A stretch of DNA of 64,000 nucleotides from Candidatus Omnitrophota bacterium (lineage in GTDB: Bacteria; Omnitrophota; Gorgyraeia; Tantalellales; Tantalellaceae): NCBI GenBank assembly GCA_049642065.1, contig JBAROK010000002.1:5892-69891 (forward strand), written 5' to 3'. The notes below the pieces were generated by a model. It worked only from the letters and a program-made list of their open reading frames with translations. It had not been told where the DNA came from and did not search any database. Positions 1-10,127 of the stretch are shown piece after piece (the stretch's first letter is position 1; each line of letters begins with the position of its first letter). Made by a program: the position numbers and the translations under genes.

Positions 1-95
1 TGGTGGACGAAGACGGGACATTGGCGGGAGTCATCGACAGATTTTGTATTATAGATAAGATATTATTTTTCTAAAAACAGGATGTAGGGTTAAAG

Positions 96-1409
96 ATGAA
101 GGCATTATTATCTATCGCAATTTTCGTAATTGCGTATTGTTTTATAGCTTCAGAGAAGGTCAATAAGACCATTGTTGCCATTCTTGGCGCTTCGTGTGTG
201 CTATTGTTGGGATTAGTAACATTTGAAGAAGCAGTCGCAGCCATCGATTTTAATGTTATTTTTCTTCTCGTAGGAATGATGACTAGTGTGTATATACTTT
301 CAAAAACAGGATTTTTTGAATGGATAGCAGTTGGTGTTGCGAAGCACGCAAAAGGTGATCCATGGCTTATTATGTTTTTTCTTTTATCGGTAACTGCTAT
401 TCTTTCCGCGTTTCTTGATAACGTGACCACTATTATAATGCTGGTGCCTGTAACCATCCTTATTATGCAACTTCTTGAAATATCACCGATTCCCTTTGTT
501 ATTATGGAAGCCATCGTATCCAACATTGGCGGTACATCAACTCTAATCGGAGATCCTCCCAATATCATTATTGGGTCACAAGCAAATTTATCTTTCAATA
601 GTTTTCTCGTTAATCTCGGTCCAGTGGTAATGCTTGTATTTGCAGTTTTCATGGGGACAATTTTCCTTCTTTTCAGAAAAAAATTCCACGTACCCGAAGA
701 GATAAGAAAAAGGGTTAAAGAAGCCATTCCACGCCTTGCAATCGTTGACAGGCAAAACATGATCCGTTCGCTTATGGTTTTCGGTTTGATTTTTGCGGGA
801 TTTTTTATGCACAACTTACTAGGCGTAAAACCGGGTATTATTGCTCTTGGCGGAAGCATGTTGATGCTACTTGTCTGTAGGTCCGAGAGCGAGGATACAT
901 TGATGCGTGTTGAATGGGGCGTGATATTCTTTTTTATAGGGATGTTCATGATGATAGCTGCCTTAGAGGTGAACGGAGTGATGTCCTGGATTGGATACCA
1001 TATTATCCATCTTGCCGGGAAAAACCTTTTTCTTGTATGTATTGTTGTATTGTGGGGTTCCGCAATTTTCTCATCAATGTTGGATAATATACCCTTTGTA
1101 ATCACAATGGTGCCCCTTGTTAGGCAATTTGTTATATATTTTTCTCATGCATCAGGCATAGCCGATCCGATAGCGATACAATTGCAGATCGCTCAACCTC
1201 TTTGGTGGTCCCTTGCCTTAGGAGCTTGTCTTGGCGGGAACGGTACGTTAATCGGGGCCTCAGCAAATATAGTAATGGCGCGCATAAGTGAGAAAAACAA
1301 TTACCCAATAAGTTTTATGCGTTTCTTTAAATATGGGTTTGGGTTCATGATACAATCAATGGTGATCTGTACGTTATATATCTGGATGAGATATTTTTTC
1401 GCAAAATAA
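96..1409 (+). CDS. ArsB/NhaD-superfamily anion permease (citrate/arsenite transporter-like membrane protein)
   Basis: 437 aa polytopic membrane protein. LDNVTT and GDPPN motifs are typical of the ArsB/NhaD permease fold. Confidence 0.6.
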   Translation: MKALLSIAIFVIAYCFIASEKVNKTIVAILGASCVLLLGLVTFEEAVAAIDFNVIFLLVGMMTSVYILSKTGFFEWIAVGVAKHAKGDPWLIMFFLLSVTAILSAFLDNVTTIIMLVPVTILIMQLLEISPIPFVIMEAIVSNIGGTSTLIGDPPNIIIGSQANLSFNSFLVNLGPVVMLVFAVFMGTIFLLFRKKFHVPEEIRKRVKEAIPRLAIVDRQNMIRSLMVFGLIFAGFFMHNLLGVKPGIIALGGSMLMLLVCRSESEDTLMRVEWGVIFFFIGMFMMIAALEVNGVMSWIGYHIIHLAGKNLFLVCIVVLWGSAIFSSMLDNIPFVITMVPLVRQFVIYFSHASGIADPIAIQLQIAQPLWWSLALGACLGGNGTLIGASANIVMARISEKNNYPISFMRFFKYGFGFMIQSMVICTLYIWMRYFFAK

Positions 1410-1415
1410 AAGTAC

Positions 1416-1443
1416 AAATCGTGGTGAAATCGTGGTGAAATGG
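1416..1443. repeat. short tandem repeat (aaatcgtggtg)x2 plus partial third copy
   Basis: Direct 11-nt tandem duplication seen just downstream of the permease stop codon, in the 255-nt leader region of the DEAD-box helicase gene. Confidence 0.5.
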
Positions 1444-1664
1444 CGATTTTAAGCACGAAAAGCAGTCCCTTCCGGCACCTCCACCATATCATTTGTATGA
1501 AAAATCCGACTTCAAATATTGAGATCGGGTTTTTTGTTGTAACATCACACCTGTATATATATGAAGCTTTTACCCGGGGTTTAGTGTAAAATAGTGGCAG
1601 TTACAATGTACAGTGACGAAGCAGATAACTCATATCGAATAAAAAAACAAGGAGTAAGGATATA

Positions 1665-2885
1665 ATGAAGAAAGAATCTGGAACAAATGTCTCTTTTGAT
1701 GGGCTTGGTATCGCCCCCAAAATACTCGAAGTATTGGACCGCCTGAAGTTCACCAGCCCGACCCCGATTCAGCATAAAGCAATCCCTATAGCGATAGATG
1801 GTACTGATGTTATCGGAGTGGCTCAGACTGGTACAGGTAAGACCCTGGCTTTTGCTATACCCGTTATACAGCGTCTTTCCCGGAGTGAGGGGCAGTGTCT
1901 GATACTCGTTCCTACCAGGGAGTTGGCCTTGCAGGTAAATGAGACCTTCCAGAAGATAGCACCCTTATTTGGCATAAAGACTGTAGTCATTATAGGAGGG
2001 GTTCCGATGCAGTCCCAGCTAAGGGACCTAAAAAAGAAACCTCGTCTTATCATAGCCACGCCTGGGAGGCTGGTTGATCATATGAATCAAAGGACACTGC
2101 GTTTGAATCAAGTGGAGATCCTTATCTTGGACGAAGCTGACAGGATGTTGGATATGGGTTTCAAGCCGGATATAGAACGCATCCTTAAGTTCGTACCCAA
2201 AAAAAGGCAGACTATGCTTTTTTCGGCTACGATCCCCGGGGAAGTTGTCTCAATAGGGGCTGCGCATATGAAACTTCCCATCCATGTCGAGGTTGCCCCG
2301 TCAGGAACTGCCGCTGAACGTATTATCCAGGAATTGTTCATCGTAAGAAAAGAAGCTAAAAAGAAACTGCTGGCTAAACTGCTTGATCAGTATCGTGGTT
2401 CGGTGCTGCTTTTCTCAAGGACAAAAAGGGGCGCGGCCAAGATCAAACGTCTGATCGAAGAAATGGGGCATAACGCGGCGGAGATACATTCAGACCGTAC
2501 TCTTAAACAGCGCAGAGAAGCGCTTGAGGGTTTTAAAAGGGGAAAGTACAGGATACTTGTCGCGACTGATATAGCTGCCAGGGGGATAGATGTTGTTGGT
2601 ATAGAAACGGTCATAAATTACGATCTTCCGGACGATTCGGAGAATTACGTACACAGGATAGGGCGCACAGGCCGGGCCGGGCATGAAGGGCGCGCGATTT
2701 CGTTCGCGACCCCGGAACAGGGTAAGGATATACGCAGCATCGAGAACCTCATAAAGACGGCTTTGCCCATTTTGGAGCATCCCGAACTTCCACGAGAAAA
2801 GTTTGAAACCCGGACGTTATTCAGGAGCAGTGCCCGTGGTTCATCAAGAAGAGGTAAAAGAAGCGCGCCGCGTAAACGCCGGTAA
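1665..2885 (+). CDS. DEAD-box ATP-dependent RNA helicase (RhlE/CshA-like) with basic RG/RK-rich C-terminal tail
   Basis: Motifs AQTGTGKT (Walker A), PTRELA, DEAD, SAT and HRIGRTGRAG. AAGGAG RBS 9 nt upstream of ATG. Confidence 0.9.
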   Translation: MKKESGTNVSFDGLGIAPKILEVLDRLKFTSPTPIQHKAIPIAIDGTDVIGVAQTGTGKTLAFAIPVIQRLSRSEGQCLILVPTRELALQVNETFQKIAPLFGIKTVVIIGGVPMQSQLRDLKKKPRLIIATPGRLVDHMNQRTLRLNQVEILILDEADRMLDMGFKPDIERILKFVPKKRQTMLFSATIPGEVVSIGAAHMKLPIHVEVAPSGTAAERIIQELFIVRKEAKKKLLAKLLDQYRGSVLLFSRTKRGAAKIKRLIEEMGHNAAEIHSDRTLKQRREALEGFKRGKYRILVATDIAARGIDVVGIETVINYDLPDDSENYVHRIGRTGRAGHEGRAISFATPEQGKDIRSIENLIKTALPILEHPELPREKFETRTLFRSSARGSSRRGKRSAPRKRR

Positions 2886-2908
2886 TATAAAGGATGTTTT
2901 CTAATAAA

Positions 2909-2942
2909 AGCCTGGTTAATTCTTATAACCGGGCTTTTTGTT
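2909..2942 (+). terminator. rho-independent terminator after helicase gene
   Basis: Hairpin agcctggtt..aaccgggct followed by TTTTTG. Confidence 0.5.
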
Positions 2943-2956
2943 ATTAAGATGACGGT

Positions 2957-4069
2957 TTGACGATTAGAAAGACAAACGGTACAATACCTTATATGAAAAG
3001 ATATATCATATGCAGTTTATTTATGATAGCGATATTGGTCGCACTTAACATATTTACTGTTTCTTTTGCGCAAGAAAAAGAAGGAGCTTCTACGGGTATG
3101 GAAAAAGCAATCTTTGCCGGAGGGTGTTTTTGGTGTATGGAACCGCCTTTTGAGCAATTAGACGGTGTAGTGGATGTGGCTGCCGGGTACACGGGTGGGG
3201 ATAATGAGATGCCAAGTTACGAAGATGTTTCTTCCGGGATAACAGGTCATGTCGAGGCGATTCAGATCACGTATGATCCATCGAAGATCTCTTATTCGGA
3301 ACTCCTTAAAGTGTTTTGGCAACAGATAGATCCGACGGATACCGGAGGACAGTTCGCGGACAGGGGATCTCAATACAAGACCGCTATTTTTTACCTTGAT
3401 GAAAACCAGAAGCGTCTTGCTGAAAAGTCCAAAGAAGAGCTTGAAGAATCCGGGAAGTTCGATAAACCTATTGCTACCAAGATAATCAAGGCATCTGAAT
3501 TCTATGAAGCGGAAGATTACCACCAGGATTATTACAAGAAGAACCCCTTGAAGTATGGATCTTACAAGGTGGGTTCTGGAAGAAGTCAGTATATTAAAGA
3601 TAAATGGAGCGATAAAACGGATAAAAAATACAGTAAACCGACCAAAGAAGAGCTAAAAAAGAAGTTAACACCGCTTCAGTACAGGGTAACGCAGGAGGAA
3701 GGAACGGAGAGACCATTCGATAACGAGTATTGTGATAATAAAAAAGAAGGTATATACGTTGATATAGTCTCGGGAGAACCTCTCTTTATATCACTTGATA
3801 AGTACGATTCCCGGACAGGCTGGCCGAGTTTCACCAAACCGTTGGAACCGGAGAATATCGTGGAAAAAGAAGACCGGAATTTGTCAGGGATACGCACAGA
3901 ACTCAGAAGCAAAGAAGGCGATTCGCATCTTGGCCACGTGTTCAATGACGGTCCGGGCCCGGAGGGCCTGCGTTACTGCATAAATTCAGCCGCTCTGAGG
4001 TTCATACCCAAGGAAGATCTGGGAAAAGAAGGATATGGCGAGTACAAAGTACTTTTTGAGAACAAATGA
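2957..4069 (+). CDS. msrAB: bifunctional peptide methionine sulfoxide reductase MsrA-MsrB fusion with N-terminal signal peptide
   Basis: GCFWC active-site motif of MsrA (GGCFWCMEP) and RYCINSAAL motif of MsrB in the C-terminal half. Signal-peptide-like [27 protein letters not shown] suggests the true start is probably ATG 2993. Confidence 0.85.
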   Translation: MTIRKTNGTIPYMKRYIICSLFMIAILVALNIFTVSFAQEKEGASTGMEKAIFAGGCFWCMEPPFEQLDGVVDVAAGYTGGDNEMPSYEDVSSGITGHVEAIQITYDPSKISYSELLKVFWQQIDPTDTGGQFADRGSQYKTAIFYLDENQKRLAEKSKEELEESGKFDKPIATKIIKASEFYEAEDYHQDYYKKNPLKYGSYKVGSGRSQYIKDKWSDKTDKKYSKPTKEELKKKLTPLQYRVTQEEGTERPFDNEYCDNKKEGIYVDIVSGEPLFISLDKYDSRTGWPSFTKPLEPENIVEKEDRNLSGIRTELRSKEGDSHLGHVFNDGPGPEGLRYCINSAALRFIPKEDLGKEGYGEYKVLFENK

Positions 4070-4395
4070 AGAAATGTCCAGGCTGTAAAAGAACATATGA
4101 TGATACATGGAAGGTGTGTCTCTACTGTAACAAAAGATTAGCGTCCTCAGAAGAGATCGCCGGAGAGTTCTATCTGGGCGATATTGGGTCCCCTAGAGAT
4201 AAATTCCTGATCGTCGTGTATTCGATCATACTGATAATCATGACGCCGCTACTCATACTGCTTGTATACCTGACTTATTTCAGCGACATGGATCTGGGCT
4301 TTCGCAAAAGTGAAGACACGCAGCTTCAGCAAGCTATATATTTTGACGAAGAGGAAGAGAAAGACAAAGAAGGTAAGAGGGGAAAGAAGAGATAA
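4066..4395 (+). CDS. zinc-ribbon (CxxC..CxxC) membrane protein, hypothetical
   Basis: N-terminal [18 protein letters not shown] followed by one TM helix and an acidic/lysine tail. Start overlaps the msrAB stop (ATGA). Confidence 0.45.
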   Translation: MKKCPGCKRTYDDTWKVCLYCNKRLASSEEIAGEFYLGDIGSPRDKFLIVVYSIILIIMTPLLILLVYLTYFSDMDLGFRKSEDTQLQQAIYFDEEEEKDKEGKRGKKR

Positions 4396-4462
4396 CCAAT
4401 TTACATGATATCCGCACAGTTTATCCTTTATCCTTTACCGTTTATCCATTATAATATCAACC

Positions 4463-5263
4463 ATGAAATCTCTGAAGAATAGGCCCATAGGTATATTCGA
4501 TTCTGGAGTTGGCGGACTTACCGTCGCTAGAAGTGTACGGAAAGAGCTTCCGGATGAAGATATCATATATTTCGGAGATACCGCCAGAGTCCCGTATGGC
4601 AACAAGTCAAAAGATACCATAATACGTTTTTCACGCGAGATCATGTCATTCATGATGGATATGAACGTCAAAATGGTGGTTATCGCTTGCAATACGGCAT
4701 CCAGTCTTAGTCTTGCTTCACTGAAAAGATATTACAGTATACCGGTAGTTGGTGTTATAAATCCCGGAGTGGAAGAAGCTCTTCGCCTTTCAAAAAGCGG
4801 CAGGATAGGTGTTATCGGGACCAGCTCCACTGTATCAAGCGGCACTTATGGAAAGGAACTTAAAAGGAACGATCCTTCTTGCAAAGTGTTCTCAAAAAGC
4901 TGTCCACTTTTTGTGCCGCTGGTAGAGAACAGGTTCTTTTCTTCGCCTGTAACCCGTCAGGTAGCGGGCATGTATCTTAAGGACCTGAAAAAGAAAAAGA
5001 TCGATACGCTTATACTCGGATGCACGCATTATCCGATCCTTAAGACCGTTATCGGAAAGACAATGGGGAGCACAAAACTGGTAGATTCTTCATTAGCGGT
5101 CGCTAAGTATGTAAAAAAGATATTAGAGAAAGACGATCTTAAAACCTTGAGCAAGAAAAAAGGCAAGACCAGATATTACGTAAGCGATGATCCTAAGGGA
5201 TTCAGCAAAGTAGCGGGTATTTTTCTTAAAGAGAAAATAAAAGCTAATAAGGCGAATTTATGA
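4463..5263 (+). CDS. murI: glutamate racemase
   Basis: IGIFDSGVGGLTV, VIACNTAS and GCTHYP motifs. Confidence 0.85.
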   Translation: MKSLKNRPIGIFDSGVGGLTVARSVRKELPDEDIIYFGDTARVPYGNKSKDTIIRFSREIMSFMMDMNVKMVVIACNTASSLSLASLKRYYSIPVVGVINPGVEEALRLSKSGRIGVIGTSSTVSSGTYGKELKRNDPSCKVFSKSCPLFVPLVENRFFSSPVTRQVAGMYLKDLKKKKIDTLILGCTHYPILKTVIGKTMGSTKLVDSSLAVAKYVKKILEKDDLKTLSKKKGKTRYYVSDDPKGFSKVAGIFLKEKIKANKANL

Positions 5264-6108
5264 GCACAAGAAATATCAATGTCAAAGAAGTAGCCAGGGC
5301 TGTTGAAGAGCTTTTTATCGAAGCTAATACAGTTCTGAGGCAGGATGTTGTTAGCGCTTTGAAGAGGCTTGCCGAAGAAGAGAAAAACCCCAAAGCTAAG
5401 AAGATGCTGGAAATTCTGGTTGAAAATTCTAAAATAGCGGAAAAGAAAAGTATGCCGTTATGCCAGGACACAGGTTTAGCAGTTGTGTTCTTAAATATCG
5501 GTAGGGACGTTGTTTTTACTGAGGGGTATATAAACGAAGCTGTTGATAAAGGTGTCCTTAACGCTTATGAAAAAGGTTTCTTGCGTAAGTCTATTGTTAA
5601 GGATCCGGTCTTAAGGGGTAATACCGGAACAAATACGCCGGCTTTTATGCATATTGAGATAGTTCCTGGCAATAAAGTAGAGATCATTGTTCTGCCCAAA
5701 GGGTTCGGAAGCGAAAATAAAAGCGGTCTAGCCATGCTGAACCCTACGGCAGGTGAAGACGCTATCGTAGATTTTTGTGTAGAAGTGGTCCGGAAAGCAG
5801 GACCTGATGCGTGTCCTCCGTATGTTCTAGGCGTGGGGATAGGTGGTACAGCAGAGGTGTGCGGATTATTGGCAAAAAAAGCACTTACTAGACCCATAGA
5901 TTCACGTAATCCGCAGGAGCATATAGCCCGCCTTGAGGATGAGATAGAAAAGAAAGTCAAGGAGCTGGAGATAGGTGTCATGGGCTTGGGTGGTATTTCC
6001 ACTGTAATGGGAGTGAACATTGAAATCGCTCCGACACATATCGCGGGTTTGCCGGTTGCGGTGAATCTTTCATGTCATGCCCTAAGAAGCGCCCGTACGG
6101 TTATATGA
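5260..6108 (+). CDS. Fe-S hydro-lyase alpha subunit (class I fumarate hydratase / L(+)-tartrate dehydratase alpha)
   Basis: CQDTGLAVVF catalytic region typical of FumA N-terminal/TtdA type. Overlaps the murI stop. Confidence 0.8.
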   Translation: MSTRNINVKEVARAVEELFIEANTVLRQDVVSALKRLAEEEKNPKAKKMLEILVENSKIAEKKSMPLCQDTGLAVVFLNIGRDVVFTEGYINEAVDKGVLNAYEKGFLRKSIVKDPVLRGNTGTNTPAFMHIEIVPGNKVEIIVLPKGFGSENKSGLAMLNPTAGEDAIVDFCVEVVRKAGPDACPPYVLGVGIGGTAEVCGLLAKKALTRPIDSRNPQEHIARLEDEIEKKVKELEIGVMGLGGISTVMGVNIEIAPTHIAGLPVAVNLSCHALRSARTVI

Positions 6109-6121
6109 GAAGAGGATTAAA

Positions 6122-6652
6122 GTGAAAAAGATCATTGCGCCATTAAAAGATGAGATTATAGCAGGGCTTGAAGCCGGGGAGGAGGTTCTTCTTTCCGGGG
6201 TTATCTATACAGCGAGAGATCAGGCGCATTTGAGAATGATTAACCTTATGGAAAAGGGTGAGGCTCTTCCTGTCGAGCTTGCAGGACAGGTGATATATTA
6301 TTGCGGGCCTACGCCTCCCGGTCCAAGAGCGATAGGTGCCTGTGGACCTACTACCTCTAGCCGTATGGATGCTTTCACTCCCGCGGTACTTGAGGCAGGA
6401 TTAAAGGGAATAATCGGTAAGGGCAAAAGGTCCGATAAAGTAAGAGAATCCATAAAAGATCATAAAGCAGTGTATTTTCTTGCGCCTGGTGGAGCGGGAG
6501 CTTATCTTAGCGAAAGGGTGAAAGCTTGCGAAGTCGTGGCATTTGAAGACTTGGGAGCCGAGGCGATCCATAAATTGCAGGTAGAAGATTTTCCGTTGAT
6601 TGTCGGCATAGACAGCAGTGGCAGGGATATGTATAAACCGGGAAGGGAATAG
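6122..6652 (+). CDS. Fe-S hydro-lyase beta subunit (class I fumarate hydratase beta)
   Basis: 176 aa immediately downstream of the alpha subunit; matches the FumA C-terminal/TtdB-type domain. Confidence 0.75.
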   Translation: MKKIIAPLKDEIIAGLEAGEEVLLSGVIYTARDQAHLRMINLMEKGEALPVELAGQVIYYCGPTPPGPRAIGACGPTTSSRMDAFTPAVLEAGLKGIIGKGKRSDKVRESIKDHKAVYFLAPGGAGAYLSERVKACEVVAFEDLGAEAIHKLQVEDFPLIVGIDSSGRDMYKPGRE

Positions 6653-6653
6653 G

Positions 6654-7376
6654 ATGAGAAGCGACGATAGGGCAGCTAACAGTTTAAGAAAAATAAATAT
6701 CGAGAAGGATTATATTAAGTATCCAGAAGGGTCATGCCTTTTTGAAGTAGGTAATACCAAGGTTATCTGTACGGCCAGCGTGGAAGATGGCGTGCCTGTG
6801 TTTCTTAAAGGGCAGGGGACGGGATGGATAACCTCTGAGTATTCAATGTTGCCCCGCTCATGCCAGAAAAGAGTGGCAAGAGAATCTTCAAAAGGGAAGA
6901 AAGGCGGAAGAACCCACGAAATACAAAGGCTTATAGGGCGTGCTCTTCGTGGAGTTGTTGACCTGACCGCTCTTGGAGAGCGAACAATATGGATGGATTG
7001 TGATGTTATACAGGCGGATGGCGGTACCCGATGCGCAAGTATAACCGGTAGTTTCATCGCGTTATGTCTTGCGCTTGATCATTTAAAAAAACAAGGGGTG
7101 TTCGATAAGCTGCCTGTAAGACATTTCATAGCTGCAGTCAGCGTCGGAGTGGTAGACGGTAAGAGTCTGTTGGATCTTAATTATGAAGAAGATTCCAGGG
7201 CCGAAGTGGATATGAACGTTGTTATGACTGATTCGGATAAGTTCGTGGAAGTTCAGGGAACAGCTGAAAGGGAACCTTTTAGCCAGCCGGTCATGGATGA
7301 GATGATGCAGCTAGCCAAAGATGGCATAAAAAGTCTTGTTGATAAACAAAAAGAAGTGTTGAAAGGGGTAGTCTGA
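6654..7376 (+). CDS. rph: ribonuclease PH
   Basis: [12 protein letters not shown]...[22 protein letters not shown]-terminus is characteristic of RNase PH. The six-frame ORF extends to 6618, but ATG 6654 matches the conserved start. Confidence 0.85.
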   Translation: MRSDDRAANSLRKINIEKDYIKYPEGSCLFEVGNTKVICTASVEDGVPVFLKGQGTGWITSEYSMLPRSCQKRVARESSKGKKGGRTHEIQRLIGRALRGVVDLTALGERTIWMDCDVIQADGGTRCASITGSFIALCLALDHLKKQGVFDKLPVRHFIAAVSVGVVDGKSLLDLNYEEDSRAEVDMNVVMTDSDKFVEVQGTAEREPFSQPVMDEMMQLAKDGIKSLVDKQKEVLKGVV

Positions 7377-7987
7377 TGCTGGAGATACTGGTGGCGACCC
7401 ATAATGTGAACAAGCGCCGCGAGATCAAAGCACTACTGAAGAATTTTAATAAACGAACAAGGGTCATGAACCTGGATGACCTTGATACCATGCCTCCTAT
7501 GATAGTGGAGGACGGTAAGACTTTCCGTCAGAATGCCGTCAAGAAAGCTGTAACGACTTCAAGGTTCTTTAACGGACTGGTAGTAGCGGATGATTCGGGG
7601 CTTGAAGCGGATGCTTTGAACGGTAAACCCGGGATCCGGTCCGCGCGGTTTGCCAGAGCGAAAGCTACGGATTCAGAAAACAACGAAAAGCTTCTCAAGC
7701 TGCTTGATAAAGTCCCCAAGAAAGACCGGAAGGCAAGGTTCGTTTGTAATATCGCGCTTGCTGCCGGTGGTATATTGCTTGATACTTTTGAAGGGACGAT
7801 CACAGGGAAGATACTTCGTTCTTCTAGGGGGAACAACGGGTTCGGGTATGATCCTGTTTTTGTTCCTGATGGTTATGATAAGACTTTCGCGGAAATGGCG
7901 CCTTCATATAAGAACAGGATCAGCCATCGGGGTATAGCTCTACGTCAACTCAAAAAAACTCTTAAAAAATACGTAGAAAAGAACTAA
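7376..7987 (+). CDS. rdgB: non-canonical purine NTP pyrophosphatase (RdgB/HAM1 family)
   Basis: ILVATHNVNKRREI N-terminus. The classical rph-rdgB adjacency with ATGA overlap. Confidence 0.85.
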   Translation: MLEILVATHNVNKRREIKALLKNFNKRTRVMNLDDLDTMPPMIVEDGKTFRQNAVKKAVTTSRFFNGLVVADDSGLEADALNGKPGIRSARFARAKATDSENNEKLLKLLDKVPKKDRKARFVCNIALAAGGILLDTFEGTITGKILRSSRGNNGFGYDPVFVPDGYDKTFAEMAPSYKNRISHRGIALRQLKKTLKKYVEKN

Positions 7988-7990
7988 ACC

Positions 7991-9607
7991 TTATTTAGTC
8001 CATTTAGGCTCTTTAAGGGTACCGGTTAGGCGAGTTTTACCCAGGAACCTTCCGAAACTGACAATAGCATTCCTTAAAGCGATCGGCCATTCTTCATCTT
8101 CTTCGGAAGGTGGGCCCAGCAGGCGGTTCTCGAAAAGGACATTGAGCTGGCCGTCAAAATCCATATATCCTTCACCGTTAATGGAGATATCCTCGCCGAG
8201 TAAGACGAGATCGTTGGTTTCAATACGGCGGTGCTTTATTTCAAAAGCCATGGAAGCGTTATCAATTTTCACGGGTTTAATAACGGGCACGAACCTTTGA
8301 GCGGCAGCGTATACGTCACCCAGAAGCGGGGTTAATAGAGGCATCAATCCGAGATCCGCATCTGAGATGGTAACCGTTCCGGTGCCTTCGGTAGTATCAA
8401 TATCCGTAGCGTATCCTTTCAGATCGAGGTTCAGCTGAAAGTTCCCGTAAACATTATCTTTGTTCCCGTTAAGGTCATACAGTAATCTCTCAAAATCCAT
8501 GTTATTCAGATCAAAACTGAACATGAACGGCAGGTCCTTTTCAAATAAATCCATTTTCAGTTTGCCGATAATCGTACCGCCGTAGATCACTCCGTTAATA
8601 AGAGGAGCGTCCAGCCTGCCATCAGTCACGGAAATTTTTGTCATTAGTTCTTTTATGCGGATCTTATCTATACTGAAATTAGTCGCTGAGATAGTAGAGC
8701 GGATCTCACATTTTTTTAAATCCATTTCTGTTGCACTAAAAAACAGGTTCGATTCTACGGATCCGGCCATGGGATATCTTCTGGCAAATTTTCCTATCTC
8801 TCCGGGCATAGCCGCGAAAGTTTCAAGTTCGGTGTTTATCGTACCGCCTACAGAACACTTAAAATCATCACCCCGAAAATCACGTACCTCACCCTTTAGG
8901 TCAAAACGGAGAGTGTAAAACATGCCCGTCAGTTTGTCTATGGTAAGATTATCCTCGTCTTTGATAAGGCTGGTGGTGAAGCCCAGGTTATCAGAACGCA
9001 CGGTAATGTCGTAGCCCAGATCTTTTATGTCTTGCCGGGTGAAGTCCGTAAGGTATTTTATGTTATTATGAGTAAGACGTATTTTTCCGCTAGAGATAGA
9101 CATTTTGTCTATCTCTAGTATCCCGAAGATATCCCGGAAAGTGAAGCTGGGGCTGCCCGCAACAGCTTCTATTATTGAAACCGAATAGATCAAGGCAGGA
9201 TCAAATATTTCCGCATGAGTTGGCGCCTTACGTGAAAGGGTGCGTAACGTCGCGTTGCAAAGAAGGTCCCCTGAATGCAACCCGTCCAGTATCATTGTGG
9301 TTTTAAGCTGTTTGTCTTTTATTAGAGAAAGGACGTCTAACGCGGTTGTTACGTTATTGATACCAATCAGAATATTCCCGGATCCGTCTTTTGATGAGAT
9401 AGTGACGTGGTCCAGTGATATCGATTGAAAGGGCACGTAACTTACAGAACCTATATTTACGGGATGTTCAAGTGCTTTGGATAATTCTGAAGCGATTCGC
9501 GTGCGCACTTCTTTATGGATATCCTCTTTATATATAGAATACAGTGTGACAAGTGCAAGCGCTGCTAAGAGGAATAAAAGTACTATTATTTTCAGAAAGG
9601 TCCTCAT
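7991..9607 (-). CDS. AsmA-like / DUF3971-type membrane-anchored outer-membrane biogenesis protein
   Basis: N-terminal TM anchor (MRTFLKIIVLLFLLAALALVTL), a long beta-rich body and an AsmA-like C-terminal region. Start chosen at the second Met (9607); the ORF extends to 9646. Confidence 0.4.
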   Translation of the reverse strand: MRTFLKIIVLLFLLAALALVTLYSIYKEDIHKEVRTRIASELSKALEHPVNIGSVSYVPFQSISLDHVTISSKDGSGNILIGINNVTTALDVLSLIKDKQLKTTMILDGLHSGDLLCNATLRTLSRKAPTHAEIFDPALIYSVSIIEAVAGSPSFTFRDIFGILEIDKMSISSGKIRLTHNNIKYLTDFTRQDIKDLGYDITVRSDNLGFTTSLIKDEDNLTIDKLTGMFYTLRFDLKGEVRDFRGDDFKCSVGGTINTELETFAAMPGEIGKFARRYPMAGSVESNLFFSATEMDLKKCEIRSTISATNFSIDKIRIKELMTKISVTDGRLDAPLINGVIYGGTIIGKLKMDLFEKDLPFMFSFDLNNMDFERLLYDLNGNKDNVYGNFQLNLDLKGYATDIDTTEGTGTVTISDADLGLMPLLTPLLGDVYAAAQRFVPVIKPVKIDNASMAFEIKHRRIETNDLVLLGEDISINGEGYMDFDGQLNVLFENRLLGPPSEEDEEWPIALRNAIVSFGRFLGKTRLTGTLKEPKWTK

Positions 9608-9669
9608 GATTGAGTAAGTATAGCATAGCAGAGCAGTGGTGGGCAAGAGTGCATGAGGGGAACAGTAAA

Positions 9670-9699
9670 TAAAAAACCCGGCAAGAACCGGGTTTTTTA
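9670..9699. terminator. bidirectional rho-independent terminator
   Basis: AAAAAA-cccgg-caagaa-ccggg-TTTTTT hairpin with an A-run on one side and a T-run on the other. Lies downstream of the minus-strand tRNA cluster. Confidence 0.5.
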
Positions 9700-9705
9700 T
9701 TTAAC

Positions 9706-9782
9706 TGGCACGCCCGACAGGACTTGAACCTGTGACCCTCTGCTTAGAAGGCAGATGCTCTATCCAGCTGAGCTACGGGCGC
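9706..9782 (-). tRNA. tRNA-Arg (anticodon TCT)
   Basis: Cloverleaf by eye: acceptor GCGCCCG/CGGGCGT, anticodon loop CTTCTAA, TTCAAGT T-loop, encoded CCA. Confidence 0.8.
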
Positions 9783-9804
9783 ACGCTAAACAGGTATTAG
9801 TATG

Positions 9805-9888
9805 TGGTGCGGATGGAGGGACTCGAACCCACACGGTAAAACCACTGGCTCCTAAGGCCAGCGCGTCTGCCAGTTCCGCCACATCCGC
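9805..9888 (-). tRNA. tRNA-Leu (anticodon TAG)
   Basis: 84-nt class II tRNA. Acceptor GCGGATG/CATCCGC, anticodon loop CTTAGGA, long variable arm, encoded CCA. Confidence 0.8.
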
Positions 9889-9900
9889 TGGTATTATCAA

Positions 9901-9978
9901 TGGTCGGGAAGGTGGGATTCGAACCCACGACCCCCTGCTCCCAAAGCAGGTACGCTAGCCAAACTGCGCCACTCCCCG
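9901..9978 (-). tRNA. tRNA-Pro (anticodon TGG)
   Basis: 5' CGGGGAGTGGCGCAG typical of tRNA-Pro. Anticodon loop TTTGGGA, encoded CCA. Confidence 0.8.
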
Positions 9979-10030
9979 ATATGTAAGTATATATTGCTTT
10001 GAATATAAGTATATTCGCTACAAGTTTTCT

Positions 10031-10104
10031 AATTATAGCAACGTGATTTTTATAAGTCAACTTGCATTTTTTTAATTGACTTAAAGCTTTTAAGCACATA
10101 GAAT
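10031..10104. promoter_or_regulatory. divergent sigma70-like promoter pair sharing a palindromic -35 region
   Basis: Plus strand: TTGACT (10076-10081), 17-nt spacer, TAGAAT (10099-10104), driving tRNA-His. Minus strand: TTGACT (complement of 10055-10060), 18-nt spacer, TATAAT (complement of 10031-10036), driving the Pro-Leu-Arg tRNA cluster. The two -35 hexamers are parts of the palindrome aagtcaa...ttgactt. Confidence 0.4.
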
Positions 10105-10127
10105 AAGGATTCGTCAGAAGTTCACGT

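Noticed and set aside
71-1105. 344-aa minus-strand ORF overlapping the ArsB-like permease
   Set aside because: It is antisense to a membrane-protein gene with clear family motifs and has a Ser/Thr/Ile-rich low-complexity translation.
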